A stretch of 63,994 nt of DNA, counting the filler, from Lenisia limosa (lineage: Eukaryota > Protista > Breviatea): NCBI GenBank assembly GCA_001655205.1. It is 13 parts of 13 records of this genome, joined end to end, with 100 filler letters (N's around TTAATTAATTAA, not from the genome) between each part and the next. Parts side by side here need not be neighbours in the genome. Positions count along the whole stretch, not along the records: positions 31,476 to 47,194 come from LPNZ01003871.1; 12 more parts are not named here. One strand, written 5' to 3'. Of this stretch, positions 35,304 to 44,400 are shown one piece after another. The translations under genes and the position numbers were made by a program. A model generated the notes under the pieces. That model was not told where the DNA came from, did not search any database, and saw nothing but the letters and a program-made list of their open reading frames with translations. The first letter of the stretch is position 1. Each line of letters starts with the position of its first letter.

Positions 35304-36737
35304 CTAGTTGATGTATTTCTTAATTTGGAATAAGGGAATTCCTTTATTTTTGAGGGCATATATTAATTTAGCCTGGCTTTTACGAGTGAAACTATTAGAA
35401 TCGTTACTACCGTTGCCTTGTTTTATAAGTGCTGTAACTCGTTTTAGTTCTTCGACAATACGTTTCTTCGACCAGCTATTGGGAATATCGATTACTTTAG
35501 GTTCTTCGCTGAGAATTTTGAACTTTTCAGAACGTGGCCTAGCTTCTAGATTCCCGTGACCAACAACTTCTTTAAGTATCTTTTTAGATTTGTCTGAAAA
35601 ATTGTCGTTCTGATTCAACCTCTGCTTGGTAAGGAATCGGACAACTTCCTTGTCAACTGGTTCATGAATTTTACATTCACCGTCGACCATTAGATGTAGT
35701 ATATTATTGTGAAGGAGATCACCGACGTTGATTTCTGCCTCGCCTAATTTTCCATCGTTCGTTACGCAATAGTTACAGTGACTGGGTTGACGACGGGAAT
35801 AACCTTCACCTACAACAGTCATGTCTTTTCCATCTGTAATACTCTTATAAACGATATCGAAGAATTCATTTGGGGATATTTTTAGAGCAGTTCCAAAATC
35901 ACTGAGTGTTTTACCTGGTTGCGATGTTCCGTCTTTTATCCAGTCAAAACCCATATTAAATCCTAACTTTTGTCTTTTTGTGTTGTTGATGGAAGCTTTA
36001 TCTGGAGTGGAACTAGCGTTGTTTATACTGTACTTTTCTCCCAACCAATAAGCGAGCAATGAAGCTTTTTTCGTGGGGGATGAATTGTTGTATGTTTTAC
36101 CATGATTTTCCATCACATTTTTTACATTACTAAAGTAGTTTACAAGTAGGTTCTTGGTTTGCCGAGTGACAGCTAGTGACACAGTGTCATCGATTTTAAA
36201 GGAATGTCTTCCGTCTTTACCTATAAACCAACCGTCACCGTGCTTCACGGTAAAGAAGTCTCTTACTATATCCTCTTTAGGCTTAAAAAGATGTCTTGGT
36301 TTAACTGGTGTGTCGTCATCATCATCATCATCTTCTTCTTCTTTTTTAGGAGTTGAGTACTCGGGTTTACCAGCAATACGTACTCCCACTGGTCGGGGAA
36401 TAATGGAAGGAATTCTTGTAGCTGGTGCCATAGCGGGTGCTGTAGTTGTCGGGACGGCAGCAGTTTCCTTTTCTAAGGCAAACTTAATATCAGAAACGTC
36501 TTCTCGAATGGCACGGTTTTGTTCCATGGCCGTATTATACTTGAATTCTTTGTCTTTATTGATTTCGGCAGTAATTTTCTTTGATTTTTCTAAAGCATTC
36601 CTTTGAACACTGGTTTTTTTGGTATCAATATTGCCTCTATCATCCAGAATTACCGCATGTTGGGTTTGTTTATATTGGTCAGTTAGTTTTATTAACTTTT
36701 TTAGGGTAGATTGTTCTTTAAGAAGGTCTTCGTACAT
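35304..36737 (-). CDS. Uncharacterised viral protein, 477 aa
   Basis: Long intact ORF with a coiled-coil N-terminus and acidic tract. The C-terminal RIVEELKRVTALIKQGN..LIYALKNKGI resembles the conserved tail of an uncharacterised Maverick protein. Confidence 0.7.
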   Translation of the reverse strand: MYEDLLKEQSTLKKLIKLTDQYKQTQHAVILDDRGNIDTKKTSVQRNALEKSKKITAEINKDKEFKYNTAMEQNRAIREDVSDIKFALEKETAAVPTTTAPAMAPATRIPSIIPRPVGVRIAGKPEYSTPKKEEEDDDDDDDTPVKPRHLFKPKEDIVRDFFTVKHGDGWFIGKDGRHSFKIDDTVSLAVTRQTKNLLVNYFSNVKNVMENHGKTYNNSSPTKKASLLAYWLGEKYSINNASSTPDKASINNTKRQKLGFNMGFDWIKDGTSQPGKTLSDFGTALKISPNEFFDIVYKSITDGKDMTVVGEGYSRRQPSHCNYCVTNDGKLGEAEINVGDLLHNNILHLMVDGECKIHEPVDKEVVRFLTKQRLNQNDNFSDKSKKILKEVVGHGNLEARPRSEKFKILSEEPKVIDIPNSWSKKRIVEELKRVTALIKQGNGSNDSNSFTRKSQAKLIYALKNKGIPLFQIKKYIN

Positions 36738-36804
36738 TGTTGTTCTTTAACTGTAAATAAATACTTAAAAAAATTTTTTTTATTTTGTTTTTTTTTTACT
36801 AAAA

Positions 36805-38040
36805 ATGGAAAGTCGGAAAAAGCAATTCCTTGAGAACACAGAAAAACAACGAAATGAACAACAACATAATTCACCATTAACACCTTCTGGATGCGTAAGA
36901 ACCTTGATCATAGGAGGGTCTGGAAGCGGAAAAACAACAAGCTTTGTATATGATATTTTACCTGATAGAAAGTCTTCTGGTTATTTAATTTATTGTAGTA
37001 ACCCAAATCAACCCGTACTCAAAGATTTGAAGGCTTATGCTGATAGTAAAAACCTCTATTTTGAAATTATAACCAATTGGACAATAAATCCAACAATGAT
37101 TGAAGAATTAGCACGGGAAAATGCGTCAAAGGGTATAAGTTTTGAAGTTATTTTTGATGACGTGTCTGACAAGTCAAACTTTAAAACTATAGTTCCTCTT
37201 TTCACGGCTGGTCGGCATTACAATATTAGTCCAACACTTATTGTACACAAACTTAAAACAAATGCTAATCTTAACGAAATTAAGGACTCTTGTAATGCAT
37301 TTTACTCTTTTGGGTCTGGGTTGTCACAGGCTACTTTCTGTAAGTTTGCCAGGGACCTTCTCGACATCACTAACACAGAAATGAATAAAACTCACAATAA
37401 ACTTATGACGAGGGCGAAGAAAAATGGATTTCCCTTTTGCCTAGCAGTTTTCCCTGAGGAACCACATGACTACATGCGACTTCGGGCAGGTCATCGCGGA
37501 ATAATTTGGGACAGACTAAGTCCGGCAGAAAAAGAAGCCTTTGGGGTAGATCCCATTGATGGGGTGATCGAAATACCAACAGAATCGGAGACCAAGTCCA
37601 TTGACAAGAATTCAAAACCTCTATCAAATAAGGAAATAGATAATCATTTTGGTAGGCGTGTATGTTATATGAGTAACGAAGACTTTGTACTAGATAACTT
37701 CTTAGTCATCAACACGGGTAACCTCAAGGAAGAAACAGAAGGAGGTGTTCACTGGGTACTAATCTACAAATTGACCGACAAACTGGTTTTCTATTTTGAT
37801 AGTTTCGGTAATGAAGTTGACAACGAGTTAATTGGTAAACTTAAAGACTTTGAAGTTGTTAGAAACGACCTACAAATACAAGAAGACACATCTGCTTTGT
37901 GTGGGTACTACTGTATATCTGTAGCCGAATTACTTGACAAAAATGTCCCTTACTACCACTTGTACAAATACTTTAGCGGACCTTCAGAACAAAAAAATAA
38001 TATTAGTTTCCTTAATAATACGGCTCACGGTATAGAATAA
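36805..38040 (+). CDS. Fused A32/FtsK-like packaging ATPase and Ulp1/adenain-like cysteine protease
   Basis: ATPase: Walker A GGSGSGKTT (36913-36939), Walker B VIFDD and LFTAGRHYNIS. Protease, in the same frame: VINTG..GGVHWV..FYFDSFG..QIQ..LCGYYC (His-Asp-Gln-Cys). Confidence 0.93.
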   Translation: MESRKKQFLENTEKQRNEQQHNSPLTPSGCVRTLIIGGSGSGKTTSFVYDILPDRKSSGYLIYCSNPNQPVLKDLKAYADSKNLYFEIITNWTINPTMIEELARENASKGISFEVIFDDVSDKSNFKTIVPLFTAGRHYNISPTLIVHKLKTNANLNEIKDSCNAFYSFGSGLSQATFCKFARDLLDITNTEMNKTHNKLMTRAKKNGFPFCLAVFPEEPHDYMRLRAGHRGIIWDRLSPAEKEAFGVDPIDGVIEIPTESETKSIDKNSKPLSNKEIDNHFGRRVCYMSNEDFVLDNFLVINTGNLKEETEGGVHWVLIYKLTDKLVFYFDSFGNEVDNELIGKLKDFEVVRNDLQIQEDTSALCGYYCISVAELLDKNVPYYHLYKYFSGPSEQKNNISFLNNTAHGIE

Positions 38041-38380
38041 TATCGTTATCGCTTAGAATAATATCGACTTTTTCAGATCTACAAAGTCGAGTTATAGTTT
38101 GTACAACTTCATAGAGTTCTCTAAAATAACCTCTACGATGCCTATGTTCATCTAAGAGTTTCTGTTTTGGAAATTTAATTAAATTGTTTTCTTTTAAAAA
38201 CTTATACATATTAGAACCTTTGATTGAATGTGTGAATTTAACAAATCGTAAAGCTATTGTGGGTGTCACTTTCAACTGACAGATGTCACCACTAAACATT
38301 TCTTCATATTGAATATAAAGTTCGCGTACACCATATTCGTTTACATCAATAATTTCTCCGAGGATAAAACTTGGCTGCAT
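38012..38380 (-). CDS. Hypothetical viral protein, 122 aa
   Basis: The true start is likely MQPSF at 38380 (not 38419) because the element's upstream motif TTCTATAAAC directly precedes this ATG. Confidence 0.65.
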   Translation of the reverse strand: MQPSFILGEIIDVNEYGVRELYIQYEEMFSGDICQLKVTPTIALRFVKFTHSIKGSNMYKFLKENNLIKFPKQKLLDEHRHRRGYFRELYEVVQTITRLCRSEKVDIILSDNDIILYREPYY

Positions 38381-38468
38381 GTTTATAGAATAAAAAAAAT
38401 TAAAAAAAAAACATGTCATTTTTTTAAAAAAAGTAACATTAATTTTTTTATTATTTATTTTCTACCAA

Positions 38469-38888
38469 ATGAACTCCACCAAACTTTCGCAACACCAAAT
38501 GACTAACTTCCTCGAAGTCAAGGAAATCGTAAATGAATCCCAATACGAACTTTTCCCACGAATCGACTTCGAAGAAAATTCTTACACTTATTTTACTTAC
38601 GATATGCAACAAGGACTACTTAACACTATTAGAAGGTCAGAAAAATACAGTAAACTTTTTAAAGACAACATTGTTACCATTGAAAAAGGTAAAAAATTTA
38701 CAGAAGAAGACAAAGAGAAATCCAATGAACTTCTGGAAAAGGTCTATGAACTAGTTAATTCAGGTGAAATGAAAATGAAGATTAAACGAGGAAGAGAATA
38801 TGGTATGAAAAATGGTTACAAACAATACTTCTGGAACTTTGAGTTGAAGAAAAAAAATATTTTTTTTTTATATTATAAATCAGTTTAA
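38469..38888 (+). CDS. Hypothetical viral protein, 139 aa
   Basis: Intact ORF preceded by a T-tract and TTTTCTACCAAATG; converges on 38885-40114. Confidence 0.65.
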   Translation: MNSTKLSQHQMTNFLEVKEIVNESQYELFPRIDFEENSYTYFTYDMQQGLLNTIRRSEKYSKLFKDNIVTIEKGKKFTEEDKEKSNELLEKVYELVNSGEMKMKIKRGREYGMKNGYKQYFWNFELKKKNIFFLYYKSV

Positions 38889-40114
38889 AAAAGCCCCAAG
38901 GTAGGTACCCTGTCATCACAACTCCAGCCGCCCTCGTAACAAGCATCCATCATTTCTTCCTCAAATCGTTCTCGAATCTTCAATTCTTCTTCATTTTTTC
39001 TTTTTTGTATAAGAGTGATTATTTTTTCTTCTCTGTCTTCTATTACTGTTTCAGGAGTGGAAATGAAATACACTGGATAGAAACGGTCGTCATATGGACA
39101 TTCGTAAAAAGATAGATAAACTTTTTGGTCACCACAATATTCAAAAGAAACATTTCTATTGAGTATATAGAAATAAAATTTGTTAGTTTTAATATCTTGG
39201 ATTATTGCACAACGGATGTCTCCCCAATATTGGACAATTATAGCAGTCATAGCAGTATAATCATCTGGGAGGTCTTTTTCAACATCAGCATCAAAATAGA
39301 TGCGTGGAAGTAGTTTAGACGGTTTATAATTAGCATTATATACGTCTGTCTTGATAAATGTTTTTTCAATCTCTTCATCCCGTTCAACTCTAAAGTAATC
39401 TTTTAAAAGTCGATTTTCAATTGATACGTGTGGAGTAGAATATATGTTATTATACTGTAATTCATCTTTGTTTTTATATATCACCTTTATATCGGACCCT
39501 AGGTGATAGGCGATATTTTTAACTAGACACATAAGTTGAGATAATTTACTTGTATCTGTTCCAACCTCGTAAGCATTTGGTTTATCCCAAACTAAATTTA
39601 ACAAACCGTATAGTTCACTCTCGGCTATTTCATTGACTGGTTGATAAGTCAAAGCACTATTAATGACGTCCTTGTATTTAAACATATCAGTTAAATAATT
39701 CATTTCATTATCCTCGTGTGGACATTCCAATTCAGTATTTTCACAAATTAACTCGCGGGGTCTTAAATCCTCTTTTTCAAAATACAAACATAATAATTCT
39801 TCAAAACCCAAATCCTTGATAGAATGTATAACATCGTCTCTAAGTTCTTTACGTAATGTTTCTGCCATATCCTCCATAGAAACATTTTCTTTGCCAAAAT
39901 ATTTATCAAGGACCTCGAGTGATGGACATCTCACTCCATCAACTGTATATTCGAAACTTCCCACCTCTTCTGTTATGGGGTGCCCCCCTCGCATACTGTC
40001 ATAGCCTAGAAATATGTATTCATCGACATTAAACACACGTGTTAAATACCTTCTAGCCATTTTACCATTAATTATTTTAAATGAGTTCAATTTAATTGTC
40101 CTAATGTTGTGCAT
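38885..40114 (-). CDS. Hypothetical viral protein, 409 aa, acidic
   Basis: Intact ORF preceded by TTTCCTATAAACAAT-ATG; no recognisable domain. Confidence 0.75.
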   Translation of the reverse strand: MHNIRTIKLNSFKIINGKMARRYLTRVFNVDEYIFLGYDSMRGGHPITEEVGSFEYTVDGVRCPSLEVLDKYFGKENVSMEDMAETLRKELRDDVIHSIKDLGFEELLCLYFEKEDLRPRELICENTELECPHEDNEMNYLTDMFKYKDVINSALTYQPVNEIAESELYGLLNLVWDKPNAYEVGTDTSKLSQLMCLVKNIAYHLGSDIKVIYKNKDELQYNNIYSTPHVSIENRLLKDYFRVERDEEIEKTFIKTDVYNANYKPSKLLPRIYFDADVEKDLPDDYTAMTAIIVQYWGDIRCAIIQDIKTNKFYFYILNRNVSFEYCGDQKVYLSFYECPYDDRFYPVYFISTPETVIEDREEKIITLIQKRKNEEELKIRERFEEEMMDACYEGGWSCDDRVPTLGLF

Positions 40115-40238
40115 ATTGTTTATAGGAAATTTTTTTTTTTTTTTTTTTTNNNNNNNNNNNNNNNNNNNNNNNNNNNNNNNNNNNNNNNNNNNNNNNNNNN
40201 NNNNNNNNNNNNNNNNNNNNNNNNNNNNNNNNNNNNNN

Positions 40239-40490
40239 AAAGTATTTATGTAGTTCTTCTTCTATTTTATTATCTAAATCTTCCATTACGTTTAATCTTT
40301 TTTCTGAATGTTTTTTTGATTGAATATGTTTTTCAAAGGAAATTTTTGTTCGAAGTACCGTCTCGCAACATGGACAGTTATATTCGGTTTTTGATTCAAT
40401 TAATTTACAGGCGTTGTTGTCAATATGGTATTTCAAGGATTGTTTATTACAAAATTTTTTATTGCAAGTTTCACAGATATAGTCGGTCAT
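40239..40490 (-). CDS. Tandem C2H2-type zinc-finger protein (3' end lost in an N gap)
   Basis: YICETCNKKFCNKQSLKYHIDNNAC and YNCPCCETVLRTKISFEKHIQSKKH. Confidence 0.8.
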
Positions 40491-40664
40491 TGTTTTAAGA
40501 TAAATTTTTTTTATTTTTTTTTTATTTTTTTTTTAAAAATCAACAATTCTTTCATATTTAAATTTTCTCCATGGTAATTTAAATAATCTACTAAACGAAA
40601 AACAACTATCGGCTTTTTTTGTTTCATCCTGACCAATTGGTATTCCCGAAACCCAACTTCCACT

Positions 40665-41330
40665 TCATCTATGATGTCTCCCAGACCAAAGCGCACTCTT
40701 GTTAATATCAGAATTGTTTTTCATTTCTTCCGAACAATATTTTAAAGCATCACCATCTCTCGCAACAGCTTCCCTACAAACATAATAATTGTTTTTCATT
40801 TCTTCCGAACAATATTTTAAAGCATGTGGGTCTTTCCTCACAGCTTCCCTACAAATATCATAATCACTTTTCATTTCTTCCGAACAATATTTTAAAGCAT
40901 CACCATCTCTCGCAACAGCTTCCATACAAATACCATAATCATTTTTCATTTCTTTCGAACAATATTGTAAAGCATGTGGGTCTCCCCTCACAGCTTCCCT
41001 ACAAATATCATAATCATTTTTCATTTCTTTCGAACAATATTGTAAAGCATGTGGGTCTCCCCTCACAGCTTCCATACAAATATCACGAACATTTTTCATT
41101 TCGTCTGACAACGATTCAAAAACATCACCAGCGGTATTGACAATAGCTTGCTTGCAAATATCAGAATTATTTTTCATATCTTCCGAACAATATTTTAAAG
41201 CATATCCGCTATTACAGACAGCTGTCAAACAAATATCATAATTATTTTTCATATCATCTGAACAATTTTCTAAGGCGTATCCATTCTTTCCAACTCTCTC
41301 CTTGCAATCTTCATAATCATTATAAGTCAT
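40665..41330 (-). CDS. DUF4116-like repeat protein (8 x about 25 aa)
   Basis: Repeat unit DICxEAVxxDxxALxYCSxEMKNDY, visible as a 75-bp DNA tandem repeat. Confidence 0.85.
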   Translation of the reverse strand: MTYNDYEDCKERVGKNGYALENCSDDMKNNYDICLTAVCNSGYALKYCSEDMKNNSDICKQAIVNTAGDVFESLSDEMKNVRDICMEAVRGDPHALQYCSKEMKNDYDICREAVRGDPHALQYCSKEMKNDYGICMEAVARDGDALKYCSEEMKSDYDICREAVRKDPHALKYCSEEMKNNYYVCREAVARDGDALKYCSEEMKNNSDINKSALWSGRHHR

Positions 41331-41472
41331 CTTTATAGGAAAATTAAAATTCTTTTTTTTTATTATTTTTTTAAAAAAACGAGGTCTTTCTTAAAATTCA
41401 TGATTTTCAAAACAGGTCGTTTTTTTAAAAAAACACAAGTGGAAAAAAAAGAATTTTAATTTTCTTTAAAGG

Positions 41473-44400
41473 ATGGACGACTTGGAGAAAATGATTCGCG
41501 ATGAAGAAAAAAGAAATGCTCGCCGTAAGAGACAAAGAACATACGACTTTGGGTCAACATATTTAAACAAATTCATTAAACTAACAGAAGAAACCGATAT
41601 AGATTTTAAGGACATCGACATTTTAAACGATATACAAATGAAAAAACTAAGGGAAAAAAATGACTATGTTTTGGTGTCCGGACATTTAACCCTAGTATAC
41701 CATAAACAAGGTACAGGGGCTGAAGAACGTGAAAAGTCCTTTTGTCGTAATTGGCGTGGTGATCGTCAAATATTAGTTAACATATACGGAGAAAATCTCC
41801 CAGCTGAACCAGAAGGCAGAATGGACAACGACGTAAAATACTTTGGAAAAAATTTTACATACTTAATTCCCAAAAATACAAACATAGAAACCGAAGTTAT
41901 AACACAAACAGTTGAAACAGGTACTGTAGTAATAGTCCAAAACGGTTACGATGGACAGCTTGCCTATGTTGACAATGTTACAATAGATATTATTGAAAAG
42001 CCTACAGTCAGTGACCTTCTCATGAAGAGTTCAACTGATAACCTATGCCTCATTCACTGTATTGCCACCGCACTTGCTGGCAAAAAATACTATAAGTCAA
42101 AGAACTTTAACACTTTTCTCAAGGAATTCCGTGCTATAAGTAAAAAAGAAGATTCATTCAGTCTTCATGACCTCGAATGTTGGACACAGAATAATAAATA
42201 TGTGAAGTTTGTTATCGTTGGCTCTAACAATAGGAAACTCAGAGAGATAGGTGTCCCCAAAACAGCACATCATACAATCGGGCTTTACTACCATAACGAA
42301 CACGTTGAACTCATCTCCCCGGAGGACTTACGAAGAGTGGCCCAAGTCCAAGACGACTGTCTTCTTAGTATTAAAAACCAACGACAAAAGATAGAAATCA
42401 AAGGCAAGGAATGTTGTTACACTGGACAAAACACATGTTTCCAAAACGGTGAAACAACAATTGTCAATGAAATTTTCAACGACGAATTTATTGCTACCAA
42501 GAAGGCAGAAGGATATAGTATTATTTATGTTGATGAATACCATTTGAAGAAATACTTGGCAACTGTGAATGATATTAATCAAATTGAGGTTAATGCTAAG
42601 GGAAGCGTTGTACGGGTCGTAGTTAATGAAGTTATTTTAGAAGTAAAAAGAGAAGAAGAAGATACTTTCAAGCAAAAACGTGACAAAGTATATAAAGACT
42701 ACCCTTATGAAAACATTCAGGAAACTAGAACATTTGCCGCCCTAACGACCGCTCTCAGTGATTGTATTCTAGGTCAGATTCCTAAATCATACTATAACGA
42801 AGAGGTTAGACAACTTCAATACACTCACTTTGTTGGTCCAAGAACTGGACGAGTTTCAAACGAGGAAGAAGAAGTTGAAGTCGACTTAAAACGCTGCTAC
42901 CGTAATATACTTTATGACAATAAACACCCCTTTCCCATCTTTCAAAGCGTTGATAGCTTTGTTAGAATTGGTGAAATTAGTTCTACTGATGTTGTTCCTG
43001 GTGAATACATTGTGGCTCAACCATTTGAAATTTGCGGAGTTCCCATTGGGGCTGGAATTCTAAACTACGTTCTTATTAAGAAAGCCCTAGAGTGTTGGGA
43101 GAAAGGCCATCCTCGTACTACTAAGCCTGAAATTAGTCACGTTATGAAGGCTAGAAGAACTATAAAGGCTGACACTTTCAAACCACTTCTAAAGTATATT
43201 ACTGAGGAGTTAGACGATATCAAACGTATGCCGAATGAACTTACTGGACTACTCAACAAAAGAATCAGGCGTGAAACAGCAACCTACCTGGAAAAGAATG
43301 AACAACAAGTTTACTTCCAAATGTATCACAACTTCGATAAGGGTATTAAAACTAAACTTATAAATGTCTGTAAAAACGTCAACATTGTACATGAAACGAA
43401 AGAAATTCCCTTAAACAGCTGTCATTCTTCGATTTATCGCCAGATTATCCACCAGTGCTTCCTTCGACTTGCTGAAATCAATTTTACTATTGATGACTAT
43501 TCCAGCATTGTTGCTTATAAAACAGATGCAGTTTTCTATAAAAATACTGACTCTTTAGTTAATGTGAACAAGCTACCTTTCACAATTCATGTAAGTGAGA
43601 GTTATTCCAGACTTAAGAAACCAGTTAAAGTTAAGAAGAGTCAGCCACTTCCCAAAGAAGCTGCATGGAACAATGTTACTGAAGTTAATACTGAGGAAAA
43701 CTGTCTTGTTACTGGAATGCCTGGCTGTGGTAAAACAACTCTCTTATGTAAGCTCTACGAGAAGTTTGTGTCCGAAGGCAAATCAGTGGTGTGTCTCGCT
43801 TTTACTAATTTTGCTGTGTCGAATCTCAAAGACAGAGGCTGCAACGAGGCCTATACTTTGGACAGTTACTTCTTCAAAAGAAAAACAACAATCAAGAAAT
43901 ATGATGTTTACCTCATCGATGAATTCAGTACAATTTCAGCCATTCTCATGGGAAGGCTAATTAAACATTGCGGAGGTTCCTTAGTTTATCTCTTTGGTGA
44001 CCCAAACCAGTTACCATCTGTGGCTGAAAATAACTACAACTACGTCAATAACAAAGTGATCTGCCAGTGGATGAAAAACTTTTATAAAATGAAGTACATT
44101 GAAGCCTCTGGAAGGTACGACAACAAGATGAAAGAAATCCTCGAAAAGTTTACTGAAGATGGTGTATTGGACACAACACACTTTAAAGATATTGATTGGT
44201 CACTCGAAACAAACATTACGTTCACCAATGAACTTAGAAAGAAGATTAACCACCAACACTCTGCCTCGTCAAGTCAAAAGATAATTGCTACCAAGAATGT
44301 TCCTCCCAAGATTTTCAACTCCCAGATCTTTAAACGTATTGGTGAAAATACTGTACTACGAAATGAGAAAACTATTGAGCTCACAGACATACAGATTATT

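Noticed and set aside
38381-38419. ORF-track start at 38419
   Set aside because: It translates an intergenic T-tract; the motif-preceded ATG at 38380 is more plausible.
40511-40696. 61-aa ORF after the DUF4116 gene
   Set aside because: GTG start overlapping the upstream gene, poly-A tail region and no promoter motif. It could be a frameshifted extension but is unsupported.
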